Origin: Gammaproteobacteria bacterium
GTDB taxonomy: Bacteria > Pseudomonadota > Gammaproteobacteria > CAKMZV01
DNA: 64,000 nucleotides
Assembly (NCBI GenBank): GCA_965277775.1
Contig: OZ255843.1
Location: forward strand, 455,451 to 519,450
Direction: 5' to 3'
Below, piece by piece: positions 41,565 through 51,967 of the stretch (its first letter is position 1; each line of letters begins with the position of its first letter). Position numbers and translations under genes: made by a program. Under the pieces are notes generated by a model. It saw only the letters and a program-made list of their open reading frames with translations. It was not told the origin of the DNA and did no database searches.

Positions 41565-42059
41565 ATGAAAAAAAACCTGACTGTCCTCTTAATCTTACTT
41601 GTTAGTGTTGCTGGAATAACCTGGTTTTTCAGTCAAAATGGCCAATCGGCGCCCGCCATAACACTCACCGATATTGATGGCAAAACCCACACCACCATCA
41701 ACAATCAAGCGCCCACATTGATCACATTCTGGGCCACCAGTTGCGTCACTTGCGTTGCCGAAATGCCAGATTTAAAAGCTTTGTATGATCAATGGCAATC
41801 CACCGGTTTTAATCTGCTCGCCATTGCCATGTCTCACGATTCATCTAGCGCCATTCAAACATTTCGCAATCAAAATGCCCTGCGCTTTCCAGTGTTTTAT
41901 GACCGTAGCGACGTCGCCGCAAAAGCATTTGATGAAGTTCGTCTAACGCCCACCCATTTTTTAGTCAGCAAAACTGGGCGAATCCTGTATCACGGCATTG
42001 GTTTGTCTGATTTTGCCCACTTACATGAATTGATCCAACAAGACATAGAATCCTCTTGA
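41565..42059 (+). CDS. TlpA/ResA-family periplasmic thiol-disulfide oxidoreductase
   Basis: signal/TM anchor MKKNLTVLLILLV then WATSCVTCVAEMP CxxC; ORF opens at 41466, overlapping rpiA. Confidence 0.75.
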   Translation: MKKNLTVLLILLVSVAGITWFFSQNGQSAPAITLTDIDGKTHTTINNQAPTLITFWATSCVTCVAEMPDLKALYDQWQSTGFNLLAIAMSHDSSSAIQTFRNQNALRFPVFYDRSDVAAKAFDEVRLTPTHFLVSKTGRILYHGIGLSDFAHLHELIQQDIESS

Positions 42060-42065
42060 CACACC

Positions 42066-42797
42066 ATGTCCTCAGAAGTCATTATATGTATTGGTGGCAT
42101 TGACCCAACGGGTGGCGCTGGACTTTCTGCTGATATAGTCACCATTCACGCATTAGGCGGGCACGCCTGCCCTATTGTCAGCGTGCAGACGCAACAAACC
42201 TCGGTCAATGTTCAAGCCGTTGTCGCACAAGACCCAGCATTTTTTAAAACCCAACTATGCTCCTTACAAAACTTACCGATCAAAGCCATCAAAATAGGAT
42301 TGATTGCGGCAGAACATGTCCCAATCATCAAAACCTTCTTAGAAAACCTAAAAGTGCCTGTGGTACTTGACCCTATTTTAACGGCTGGGGGCGGTTACAA
42401 ATTTCACCACAACGGCGCCATCCTACAGCCGCTGATGAAGCATTGTCATTTGACCCCAAATCGCGTTGAATTAGAACAACTGACCCACAAGGGCATAGAC
42501 GGCGAGTGTGCCCGCCAACAATTAGGTTGTCAATCGCTCATCGTCACGGATAAGGCCCATCAAGCACAAAATGCGGTCAGCATTTATCAACCATCGGGCG
42601 TCAAGCACTTGCCTTATGACAAGACACTTGGTGATTATCATGGAACAGGCTGCACATTCAGCAGCGCTTTGACCATCAGCCTGGCACAAAACGGCGATCT
42701 CATTGCAAGCTGTCAACGGGCCTTAGACCATACTCAAAAAGCCATACACAATGCTTACACACTTGGGCAAGGGCAAAGCATTCCAAAGCGCGCTTAA
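42066..42797 (+). CDS. thiD: hydroxymethylpyrimidine/phosphomethylpyrimidine kinase
   Basis: GGIDPTGGAGLSADI N-terminus, ribokinase-like fold motifs. Confidence 0.85.
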   Translation: MSSEVIICIGGIDPTGGAGLSADIVTIHALGGHACPIVSVQTQQTSVNVQAVVAQDPAFFKTQLCSLQNLPIKAIKIGLIAAEHVPIIKTFLENLKVPVVLDPILTAGGGYKFHHNGAILQPLMKHCHLTPNRVELEQLTHKGIDGECARQQLGCQSLIVTDKAHQAQNAVSIYQPSGVKHLPYDKTLGDYHGTGCTFSSALTISLAQNGDLIASCQRALDHTQKAIHNAYTLGQGQSIPKRA

Positions 42798-43161
42798 AAA
42801 GCCACTATACTCAGGCGACACTCAATCGGTCTTAAGTTGATATGGGCTTCAGTTGCAAACAAAACAGCGATATTAGTCGTAGAAAATGCCGTTAAAAATA
42901 ACCGCCAACTTTCTTTAATAAATAACACAATAAAATTGTCATTCCCACCAATAAATTACATATTTAATGTTACAATTACCCTCATTGAATGGATATGTAA
43001 AAAGGCATGTGGTCATTAAAAATCCTTGTTTTATTTTTACCGATCTGTGTGTAAGAAAATCTATTAAAAAGTGTTTCAATCATGCCCTTGGATGAATCAA
43101 AATTTTGTACAACAGTCTATAAAACACACCCATTAAAATCAACCGTATGAGGAGAATATTG

Positions 43162-44310
43162 ATGCGCTATTGGTTAACCAACATTTTAGGACTTTGTTTA
43201 CTCGCCATCTCTGGATTTGCTCACGCCATCAACACCTCAAACGGCTACAATTTGCCGATTGGCGTAACTTCTGTCAGTCGTGAGATTTATGATCTCCACA
43301 TGATCATTTTTTACATCTGCGTCGCAATCGGGGTTCTTGTCTTTGGTGCAATGGCCTACTCGATCATCAATCACAGAAAATCATTGGGTGTCAAACCCGC
43401 TCAGTTCCACGAAAGCACGACTATTGAATTAATTTGGACCATTATTCCGCTGGCCATCTTGGTGGTGGTTGCCATTCCTGCGACCAGCGTGCTGATTGAT
43501 TTAGAAGACAGCTCAAAATCTGATATGTCCATCAAAGTCACAGGCTATCAATGGAAATGGAAGTATGATTATCTTGATGGCGATGCTCAAGGCATCAGCT
43601 TCTTTTCAAATTTAGATGATCGCTCACGCAAAGAATTAGAGCGCTCACAAACCGCCGGTAAATTACCCGTTTACAAAAATTATCTGGTCGATGTTGATAA
43701 TGAACTGGTTGTGCCTATCAATAAAAAAATACGGTTTTTGATCACTTCAAACGATGTTATTCACGCTTGGTGGGTGCCTGATTTTGGCGTCAAACAAGAT
43801 GCCATTCCAGGCTTTATCAACGATACTTGGGCAAAAATTGATCAACCTGGTGTTTACCGAGGTAACTGCGCAGAACTTTGTGGTAAAGACCATGCCTTTA
43901 TGCCAGTGGTTGTTCGCGCCTTAACTGAAGAAGACTATGCCGCTTGGATTTACAACCAAAAGAATGCGGCTAAAATCGCTGCAGAAGCCGCCAACAAAAC
44001 CTTTTCCAAGGAAGAACTCATCAACGAAGGTAAACTGGTTTATGCAAGAGCCTGTGCCGCATGTCACCAAGCAGGTGGTCAAGGCGTACCAGGCGTATTC
44101 CCCGCCATTACTGCCAGCCCCCTTGCATTAGGTCCCATTGATCAGCATCTCGACATTATTTTAAATGGTAAAAGTGGAACGGCCATGCAGGCGTTTCGAG
44201 ATCAGTTAACCGATGTCGAACTCGCAGCTGTCGTTTCTTTTCAAAGAAATGGTTTAGGCAACAACGTTGGGGATTTCATGCAACCGAACCAAGTCAAAGC
44301 CAAGCGTTAA
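43162..44310 (+). CDS. coxB: cytochrome c oxidase subunit II with C-terminal cytochrome c domain
   Basis: CuA site HAWWVPDFGVK / CAELCG..H, C-terminal CAACHQ haem-c site; ORF opens at 43147. Confidence 0.9.
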   Translation: MRYWLTNILGLCLLAISGFAHAINTSNGYNLPIGVTSVSREIYDLHMIIFYICVAIGVLVFGAMAYSIINHRKSLGVKPAQFHESTTIELIWTIIPLAILVVVAIPATSVLIDLEDSSKSDMSIKVTGYQWKWKYDYLDGDAQGISFFSNLDDRSRKELERSQTAGKLPVYKNYLVDVDNELVVPINKKIRFLITSNDVIHAWWVPDFGVKQDAIPGFINDTWAKIDQPGVYRGNCAELCGKDHAFMPVVVRALTEEDYAAWIYNQKNAAKIAAEAANKTFSKEELINEGKLVYARACAACHQAGGQGVPGVFPAITASPLALGPIDQHLDIILNGKSGTAMQAFRDQLTDVELAAVVSFQRNGLGNNVGDFMQPNQVKAKR

Positions 44311-44337
44311 ATTTCATTTCATCTTAGGAGAGCTAAT

Positions 44338-45954
44338 ATGGCCACTGTAACTGCACCAATTGAACATCATGACCACCATGGTCCAGCAAAAGGCTTGATG
44401 CGTTGGGTAAGAACCACCAACCACAAAGACATTGGCACCTTATACATGTGGTTTTCATTTCTCATGTTATTGGTGGGTGGCGCTATGGCAATGGTCATTC
44501 GCGCAGAACTGTTATACCCAGGTTTACAGGTCGTTGACCCGCAGTTTTTTAATTCTTTAACCACAATGCACGGATTGATCATGGTCTTTGGTGCCATTAT
44601 GCCGGCATTGGTTGGCTTGGCAAATTGGCAAATCCCAATGATGATTGGCGCCCCAGACATGGCATTGCCCCGTTTAAATAACTGGAGCTTTTGGATCCTA
44701 CCTTTTGCGGCCGTATTATTGATTTCGACCTTCTTTATGGAAGGCGGTGCACCAGGCAGTGGTTGGACACTTTATGCACCTTTGTCAACTACCTTTGCGC
44801 CTCAAAGCATGGACTTCCTTATTTTTGCGATCCACTTGCTGGGCTTCTCCTCCATCATGGGCTCGATCAACATTGTTGCCACCATATTAAATCTTCGCGC
44901 ACCCGATATGCGCCTAATGGACATGCCCTTATTTGTTTGGACTTGGTTGATTACGGCATTCTTGCTCATTGCCGTTATGCCTGTACTCGCTGGCGCAGTG
45001 ACCATGATGTTGACCGACAGAAATTTTGGCACCAGCTTCTTTGATGCAGCCGGCGGTGGCGACCCTGTGATGTTCCAACACATCTTTTGGTTTTTTGGTC
45101 ATCCTGAAGTTTATATTATGATTTTGCCTGCATTTGGCATCGTTTCTCAAATCATTCCCACATTTGCTCGTAAACCCCTGTTTGGTTACAGCTCAATGGT
45201 TTACGCCACCGCTTCAATTGCAATTTTGTCGTTCGTGGTCTGGGCGCATCACATGTTTTTGGTCGGTATGCCAATTGAAGGACAACTGTACTTTATGTAT
45301 GCCACCATATTAATTTCTGTCCCCACGGGCGTTAAAGTCTTTAACTGGGTTGCAACCATGTGGAAAGGCGCCCTGACCTTTGAATCTCCCATGTTATGGG
45401 CACTGTCTTTTGTGGTTCTATTCACCATTGGTGGTTTTTCTGGTCTCATGCTGGGTGTGGTTCCTGCTGATATTCAATATCACGATACTTATTTCGTTGT
45501 TGCACATTTCCACTACGTATTAGTAACAGGCGCACTGTGGGCAATCATCGCTGGCGTGTACTACTGGATACCAAAATGGACAGGGCGTATGTACAATGAA
45601 AAATTGGCCAAAATCCACTTTTGGTGGTCGATTATTTCCGTCAACGTTTTATTCTTCCCTCAACATTTCTTAGGGTTGGCTGGTATGCCCAGACGCTATG
45701 CGGACTATTCAGTGCAATTTACCGACTTCAATTTTATATCTTCCGTTGGTGCCTTTGCTTTTGGCGCCTCATTCATCCTTTATACCTATATTTTGATCGA
45801 TTGCATCGTTCGAGGTGCAAAAGTTACTGACAACCAAGTCTGGGGTGAATCAGCCAAAACACTGGAATGGCAAGTGCCCTCACCTGCACCCTACCATACT
45901 TATGAAACACCACCCAGTGCCGAACTTATCAAAGCCTCGTCTCAACATGGCTAA
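44338..45954 (+). CDS. ctaD: cytochrome c oxidase subunit I
   Basis: 538 aa, 12 TM, conserved haem/CuB His ligands, WFFGHPEVY. Confidence 0.95.
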   Translation: MATVTAPIEHHDHHGPAKGLMRWVRTTNHKDIGTLYMWFSFLMLLVGGAMAMVIRAELLYPGLQVVDPQFFNSLTTMHGLIMVFGAIMPALVGLANWQIPMMIGAPDMALPRLNNWSFWILPFAAVLLISTFFMEGGAPGSGWTLYAPLSTTFAPQSMDFLIFAIHLLGFSSIMGSINIVATILNLRAPDMRLMDMPLFVWTWLITAFLLIAVMPVLAGAVTMMLTDRNFGTSFFDAAGGGDPVMFQHIFWFFGHPEVYIMILPAFGIVSQIIPTFARKPLFGYSSMVYATASIAILSFVVWAHHMFLVGMPIEGQLYFMYATILISVPTGVKVFNWVATMWKGALTFESPMLWALSFVVLFTIGGFSGLMLGVVPADIQYHDTYFVVAHFHYVLVTGALWAIIAGVYYWIPKWTGRMYNEKLAKIHFWWSIISVNVLFFPQHFLGLAGMPRRYADYSVQFTDFNFISSVGAFAFGASFILYTYILIDCIVRGAKVTDNQVWGESAKTLEWQVPSPAPYHTYETPPSAELIKASSQHG

Positions 45955-46057
45955 AAATTCTAAAAAAGGGATTTGGCTGACTTTTCTTGGGTTGATGCTC
46001 ATTGTGATATTTGTGTTTACATATACCATCATGAGCGGGGTTGTTAAAGGAACCTAA
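45947..46057 (+). CDS. possible small single-TM protein of the oxidase operon
   Basis: 36-aa ORF MAKNSKKGIWLTFLGLMLIVIFVF... overlapping ctaD stop; not verified. Confidence 0.3.
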   Translation: MAKNSKKGIWLTFLGLMLIVIFVFTYTIMSGVVKGT

Positions 46058-46059
46058 TT

Positions 46060-46641
46060 ATGCATAAAGCTCAGAAATGGTTTTACATCAAGTTGGTCAG
46101 CATTCCTGTGCTGATGTTCGGTTTTGCCTTTGCCCTCATTCCGCTTTATACAGTCCTTTGCGACATCACTGGTCTCAATGGCAGATCCTCAAATTTATCT
46201 GAAGTAGCACAACAATCTGAATTTAAGATTTCTGAAAATCGTCAAGTCAATGTCCATTTTTTAGCAAATGTCGCATCTGGCATGCCCATTGTCTTCTATC
46301 CAAAAGAAAGCAACATAGAATTGAAACCAGGCGAAATCACAACGGTTTATTACATTGCTGAAAACCGTTCTGATAAAACCATTTTTGGACAAGCCATTCC
46401 CAGTGTTGCACCAGAAGGCGCAGCCGCCCATCTTAAAAAATTAGAATGCTTTTGCTTCAATAAGCAAATATTTGCGCCCAATGATCGCGTTGAAATGCCC
46501 GTCCAAATTGTTGTTGATTCAGATTTAGATCAATCCATTGTAGAATTGACCCTCTCATACACCTTCTATCGTTTAGAAGATGAAACCCTCGACCAACCCA
46601 TCAACAAAAGCGTGATTAAAACCCACGGCTTGAACAGTTAG
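46060..46641 (+). CDS. ctaG: cytochrome c oxidase assembly protein CtaG/Cox11
   Basis: N-terminal TM, CFCF copper-binding motif. Confidence 0.85.
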   Translation: MHKAQKWFYIKLVSIPVLMFGFAFALIPLYTVLCDITGLNGRSSNLSEVAQQSEFKISENRQVNVHFLANVASGMPIVFYPKESNIELKPGEITTVYYIAENRSDKTIFGQAIPSVAPEGAAAHLKKLECFCFNKQIFAPNDRVEMPVQIVVDSDLDQSIVELTLSYTFYRLEDETLDQPINKSVIKTHGLNS

Positions 46642-46655
46642 AATCAGGAGATAAC

Positions 46656-47531
46656 ATGGCACATTCCTCAAATTCATATTACATCCCGCATGGTACTTCA
46701 TGGCCGATTATTGGCTCAATTGGCTTATTCATTATGTTATCGGGTTTTGCCAGCATGCTTCACGATTCACCGCTTGGTGGTACCATGTTAGCCGTTGGTT
46801 TGGCCATACTGCTCATCATGCTTTTTGGGTGGTTCTCTGAAGTCGTCAGCGAAAGTGAAAAAGGCATGTACAACGCCCAAGTTGACTTATCATTCCGTTG
46901 GGCAATGGGGTGGTTCATTTTCTCTGAAGTCATGTTCTTTGCCGCATTTTTTGGGGCTTTATTTTATGCCCGTGTGCTTTCAATCCCATGGTTAGACGGC
47001 GCAGGCACTGGCGCCATGACGAACGCACTACTCTGGCCTGATTTTAGTGCCACTTGGCCGCTGTTAGAATCGCCTGACACAACAAAATATCCCGCACCCT
47101 CTGGCATTGTTGCACCATTTGAAATTCCCTTATTGAACACCATCCTCTTATTGACATCGGGTGTGACCATCACTTGGGCACATCATGCCCTAAAAGCGGG
47201 TAATAGACAGCATCTACTCATCGGCATGTTGTTGACCGTCACATTGGGTATCGCCTTCCTATATTTTCAAGTCATAGAATATCAACACGCCTATGAACAA
47301 TACAGCCTTCGCTTAGACTCCGGTATTTATGGTAGCACCTTCTTCATGCTCACTGGATTTCACGGATTTCACGTGACCTTAGGAACCATCATGTTGATTG
47401 TGATCACCATGCGTTGCGCCAGAGGACACTTCAATAAAGAAAAACATTTTGCCTTTGAAGCCGTCGCTTGGTACTGGCACTTTGTTGACGTCGTATGGTT
47501 AGGATTGTTTATATTTGTTTACTGGCTGTAA
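46656..47531 (+). CDS. coxC: cytochrome c oxidase subunit III
   Basis: 291 aa, 7 TM, COX3 family sequence. Confidence 0.9.
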   Translation: MAHSSNSYYIPHGTSWPIIGSIGLFIMLSGFASMLHDSPLGGTMLAVGLAILLIMLFGWFSEVVSESEKGMYNAQVDLSFRWAMGWFIFSEVMFFAAFFGALFYARVLSIPWLDGAGTGAMTNALLWPDFSATWPLLESPDTTKYPAPSGIVAPFEIPLLNTILLLTSGVTITWAHHALKAGNRQHLLIGMLLTVTLGIAFLYFQVIEYQHAYEQYSLRLDSGIYGSTFFMLTGFHGFHVTLGTIMLIVITMRCARGHFNKEKHFAFEAVAWYWHFVDVVWLGLFIFVYWL

Positions 47532-47584
47532 AACCTCAAAGCTATCTAAGATACCTTAAACAAATCCACGCTACAGATCAAAAA

Positions 47585-47610
47585 GCCACACATTGTTGTG
47601 GCTTTTTTGT
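47585..47610. terminator. rho-independent terminator (bidirectional) after coxC
   Basis: GCCACA-cattgtt-GTGGC stem-loop followed by TTTTTT; A-run on the other side. Confidence 0.7.
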
Positions 47611-47827
47611 GTGCCTTCATTCTGCCCCGATCAATCAGCATTGATCTGCACCTTTAGACTATAGCAAGCCCCCTGCCCTGCAGACCGCCTTAGAACCGCT
47701 CAACGCAAAGAGCAAAACATAGGACATTTCAGCATAAATGCTTGTAAAATATTCATGCAATTGCCACTGGCTGTTATGCTCAAACACCATGCATGGATCA
47801 CATAATAAAGAATAAATAGGAATAACA

Positions 47828-50800
47828 ATGTCAAAATCAAAAATGAATTTTTCCTTTGATGTAGGAATGGCCTCTCTTGGCGTGGCCGTTAATAGAGGCA
47901 ACAAAATCATCCACGCAGACGCCCTCTTAATTCACTTAGAAGCGGGCTCCATAAAAGATGCCGCAACCAAACGACGACAGTATCGTACCAGACAAGCACA
48001 CAAACAACGCGAACAAGTCTTAGAAGACTTTTGGAGAAGCATTGGTAAAGAACCACTGCAACGCAAAAAATTCGAGAAAACAACAAAAGGATTTAAAAAA
48101 ACACCCGCAGATCGACGCTTAGAACAAGAATTTCCCTACGCAGGCGATAACACCGCCTACGCCTCGTCATTGTTGAGAATCATGTTGCTTGAAGGCCACC
48201 CGCTTGAGGATTGGCAAATATACAAAGCACTGAGTGCGGCCATTCAACGTAAAGGCTATGACCACAACGTGCCTTGGAAAACAAAAGACGACGACACAGA
48301 TGTCAGCGACAAAGATTTAGATTTACGCGAAGCCTTTAGTGCATACATTCGTGATATGCCTGAACAATATCAATTACCTTGTTATTTTGATGCAGCAAGA
48401 ATGGGATTGTGGTGCGAAAAAACCAAAAAAATTATTTCTGTCAAACAAGGCTCAAAGAAACCCGAACGCGCCAGAGGCTATAAGGCCGATCGAAAACTGG
48501 TTGATAAAGAATTAAGATTACTCTTGGAAGCGGCGGCCAAGCGCATACCTGAAATGCGCCTTAGCACAGAAGCCATGAATCAACTCATCTATGGCAAAGC
48601 AGAGATCAAACCAACTTCTGACAAAAGATACCCCTCCTATTCGAAGATCACTGGGTTGTTGGGGCAAAAATACCCACGCTTTGAAAATCGTATCGTCAGT
48701 AAATGTGCTTTGATTCCCCGACTGAACGTCTGTAAATCTTCAAATAAGCGGGCCATTGAAGTTGGTTTTTTAATGAAGTTGTTGAATTTACGTTATGAAT
48801 TGTATGATGAATTCACAGGTGATAAACAAGAAAAAAGTCTGAACCATGAACAAATAAAGCAAATATTCCAAGAGCTTAAAACTCAGAAAACAAAAGATTT
48901 TGAACCCGAGTCCTATGCCCAAAGGCTCAAACTGACTAATACCCAACTCAAGAAAAGAATCCAAGCGTTCAGCGGAGAGACTGCTCGGATTAAAAGCGGG
49001 CACGAAACGATAGAAAAGATCAGTATAACAGGCCGAAGTCGTTTTAGCCAGCCGGCGCTATACTTACTCAAACATATGATTTTACAAGGTCTCATACCGC
49101 GAGACTTTCATGCAGACTGTATGAAGCGCATTGAAAATTGTACAGACTCAAATAAGTTTGGGCACAAAATATTTAAAAATGCAACTTATCGTTTTTTTAA
49201 AGAAGATTTTGAATGCCTGAAGCTAATGGATGACAAAATTTACACGCCATCCATGCCCGCCAAACACTCTGACGATGTTAACCAACAAGTCGTCAACATC
49301 ATAAGCTCGTGCAATTGGCCTGAATTACGCCATAGATTAAACGTATTTGATACTGAGTTGCAAAACCTCGTTGAACAATTTGGTCAACCAGAAAGCGTTA
49401 ATTTTGAATTTATTCGTGAAGATTTTCTAAGTCTGGAAAAGAAAACGCAGTATGAAAGCCAAAGCCAACAAGGCAGAGACGAACGAGAGGCGGCAAGAAT
49501 TTCTTTAGCAGAAGCCAACATTAAGACAAACGAGCAAAACATCTTACGCTATCGATTACTGATTGAACAGAAAGGGCAATGTCCCTACACTGGAGAGGCA
49601 TTGAGCATTGCCGCCTTAGAGCATTATGATATTGATCATGTATTTCCAACATCCCAAGGTGGCCCCGATGCCTACTACAACAAGGTATTAACAAGTCACG
49701 TCGTTAATCAGAAACAAAAAGCCGATAAATTACCTTGCGAATTCATAGAGAACTGGAATAGTTACACACAACGTATAGATACAATCTATAAAGATCCTAA
49801 GAATTCCAAGAGACATTTAAGAAAACAAAAACTCTTGAGTGCCACAAGCCGAGATGAAGCAGAGGAATTAATTGAAAAATACACGGGTCTATCAGGCACC
49901 TCGTACATTGCTCGATTGGCCAGAGACATAGTATGCGCACGCTTTGGCTGGATTCCTGGGGCGAAGGATGAAACACAGAAAGTGTTTATTTTCGGTGGTG
50001 GGCTGACCAGTAAAATTGCCAAAGACAATAGTCTTTATAAAGCTCTCTCCGAAGATAACGACCCGTGGAATAAACCACGCCATGATCATCGTCACCATGC
50101 ACTTGATGCTATGGTCATTAGCTATTTAAAAGAATGGGCGCGCGATGAAACGAAGGCTGATTTTTTTACCTTTCCAAAGGGCATTGATAGACACTATTTC
50201 AAAACCAAGCTCGATGAAGTATATCCTCATTACGTCAGCAGAAGGAAACCTGCCTTGAGCGAACAGCCAAAAAAAGGTAAAGACGTCAACCGCACGGAAT
50301 TTCGTAATATCAGCAAAGACCCTGAAGCCAAAGGGCAATGGCATACCAGTAAAACGGTTACTGGTGAGGGAACCTTTCAACACGGTCATTTGATCTACTT
50401 GGATCGAAAGGACAAGGTTCGGCGTACAGCAATTCACAGTTTCCGCTCTCGTTTTCAAGAAGAAAAAATAATACAGCGCGATGAAAATAATCGCATTATT
50501 GGCTTTATCCGCTCGAGTCACTCATTGCACATAAAAGAAAACCTTTTCAAGGCTGTATTATTCGGGGGAAGTATAGAGAAACTTCCTAAGGGAGAATATT
50601 CGATTGAGAAAATACAAAAAAAATGCATCATCGAACACAGTAAAAAAGGCGAGCGCTATAGGATTGATAAAGCCAAGCTTGAAAAACAGTGTATCAGAAA
50701 TAAATTATTGGCAGGGCAAGTTTTTGTATTGCAAGGCTTTCGCCTTGACAAAGCTACAGAAATATCGGGACAATTTCGATATTCTAATGACCACGATTGC

Positions 50801-51109
50801 TTCATAAATGAAGAAACTGATGAACAAGTCATTATAAAATTTGATCGCTTGGTTACTCACCTCCATAAAAATAATTGGCTCACCAGCGATGAGTTATCAA
50901 ATACCAAAATCGTTGAAATAAATACAGCTATTTCAGGTCATAAAGATGATAAGACAGTGAATAACCTACCCGCAGGTTATTATTTAATAAAGCAGTTCCA
51001 AGGCAATTATGTACACCTCAGATCTCAGCAGGGATTAGTCTATAAGTTGACGGTAAACATTTTAAATCCAATATTTAAAGATGAGCCACCATCTACTCCA
51101 TCTTCTTAG
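47828..51109 (+). CDS. cas9: CRISPR-associated endonuclease Cas9, type II-C-like (1093 aa)
   Basis: RuvC-I FSFDVGMASLGVAV; Arg-rich bridge helix KRRQYRTRQAHKQR; RuvC-II NFEFIRE; HNH HYDIDHVFPTSQGG...NKVLT...N; RuvC-III HDHRHHALDAMV; followed by cas1-cas2 and array. Confidence 0.9.
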   Translation: MSKSKMNFSFDVGMASLGVAVNRGNKIIHADALLIHLEAGSIKDAATKRRQYRTRQAHKQREQVLEDFWRSIGKEPLQRKKFEKTTKGFKKTPADRRLEQEFPYAGDNTAYASSLLRIMLLEGHPLEDWQIYKALSAAIQRKGYDHNVPWKTKDDDTDVSDKDLDLREAFSAYIRDMPEQYQLPCYFDAARMGLWCEKTKKIISVKQGSKKPERARGYKADRKLVDKELRLLLEAAAKRIPEMRLSTEAMNQLIYGKAEIKPTSDKRYPSYSKITGLLGQKYPRFENRIVSKCALIPRLNVCKSSNKRAIEVGFLMKLLNLRYELYDEFTGDKQEKSLNHEQIKQIFQELKTQKTKDFEPESYAQRLKLTNTQLKKRIQAFSGETARIKSGHETIEKISITGRSRFSQPALYLLKHMILQGLIPRDFHADCMKRIENCTDSNKFGHKIFKNATYRFFKEDFECLKLMDDKIYTPSMPAKHSDDVNQQVVNIISSCNWPELRHRLNVFDTELQNLVEQFGQPESVNFEFIREDFLSLEKKTQYESQSQQGRDEREAARISLAEANIKTNEQNILRYRLLIEQKGQCPYTGEALSIAALEHYDIDHVFPTSQGGPDAYYNKVLTSHVVNQKQKADKLPCEFIENWNSYTQRIDTIYKDPKNSKRHLRKQKLLSATSRDEAEELIEKYTGLSGTSYIARLARDIVCARFGWIPGAKDETQKVFIFGGGLTSKIAKDNSLYKALSEDNDPWNKPRHDHRHHALDAMVISYLKEWARDETKADFFTFPKGIDRHYFKTKLDEVYPHYVSRRKPALSEQPKKGKDVNRTEFRNISKDPEAKGQWHTSKTVTGEGTFQHGHLIYLDRKDKVRRTAIHSFRSRFQEEKIIQRDENNRIIGFIRSSHSLHIKENLFKAVLFGGSIEKLPKGEYSIEKIQKKCIIEHSKKGERYRIDKAKLEKQCIRNKLLAGQVFVLQGFRLDKATEISGQFRYSNDHDCFINEETDEQVIIKFDRLVTHLHKNNWLTSDELSNTKIVEINTAISGHKDDKTVNNLPAGYYLIKQFQGNYVHLRSQQGLVYKLTVNILNPIFKDEPPSTPSS

Positions 51110-51965
51110 CCCCAACATTTTCATTAATAAACAAAATGGGCTATTAAATTATGTGCGGGGAGATGAGCGCAGACAGTTGCCCCTTGAAGACATTCGTGGT
51201 GTCATCATTGCCACCAAAGGGGTCACACTAACCGATGCCATAATATCGGCATTGCTTGAAAATGGTGCATTTATACTGCACTGCAATGCCCAGTACCAAC
51301 CCATTGGATTGACCGAACCCACAGCCAAAATAGTGCGTCGTAAAGTGGCACAGTGTCAAGCCAAAGCGACTCAAAAGCTTTGTAAAGCGCTCTGGCAACG
51401 AATATTGCGCCAAAAAATCCAAAATCAAAGAAAAACGCTGAAATTCATTGGATGTTCCACCGATTATTTGGATAAGCAGTTAAATCAAAATAACTTGAAT
51501 GAATCGATCTGTGCTCGTCAATATTGGCGAGCCATGTTTATTGATTTGGGCTATGTTGGTTTAACGCGTCGTCACGACAATGAACATGATATTAATAAAA
51601 TGCTCAATTATGCTTATGCCGTCTTAGGTGCCATTTGTCATCGATCTATTGTCGCCCATGGTATGAGCCCATTGTTTGGCGTACACCACACCGCCAATTT
51701 TCACAATCATCCGTTGGTTTACGATTTAATCGAGCCATTTCGCCCCTTCATCGACAAACAATTGTGGTTATTTATAAAAAATGGGGATTCCAGTGTCGAT
51801 CTAAAAAATTGGTTGAATTTTTCCAAAAATTGTTGGCAAATGACCATTCATCACAATCAACGTCGTTTGCAATTAATTGATGCTGTGGATGTGGTTGTAC
51901 AAAAAATGGCCCAAGCTTTTCAAACTAAAGATGCTCAAGCGTTATGGCTTCCAGAAGTTCCATAA
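51081..51965 (+). CDS. cas1: CRISPR-associated endonuclease Cas1 (type II)
   Basis: RRQLPLEDIRGVIIATKGVTLTDAIISALLENGAFILHCNAQYQPIG closely resembles type II-C Cas1; overlaps cas9 3' end. Confidence 0.9.
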   Translation: MSHHLLHLLSPNIFINKQNGLLNYVRGDERRQLPLEDIRGVIIATKGVTLTDAIISALLENGAFILHCNAQYQPIGLTEPTAKIVRRKVAQCQAKATQKLCKALWQRILRQKIQNQRKTLKFIGCSTDYLDKQLNQNNLNESICARQYWRAMFIDLGYVGLTRRHDNEHDINKMLNYAYAVLGAICHRSIVAHGMSPLFGVHHTANFHNHPLVYDLIEPFRPFIDKQLWLFIKNGDSSVDLKNWLNFSKNCWQMTIHHNQRRLQLIDAVDVVVQKMAQAFQTKDAQALWLPEVP

Positions 51966-51967
51966 AA

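Noticed and set aside
47658-47676. CCCCCTGCCCTGCAGA as a tracrRNA anti-repeat upstream of cas9
   Set aside because: Only ~13 bp could pair with the repeat, across a 3-nt bulge, and no downstream hairpins or terminator follow. Too weak to call.
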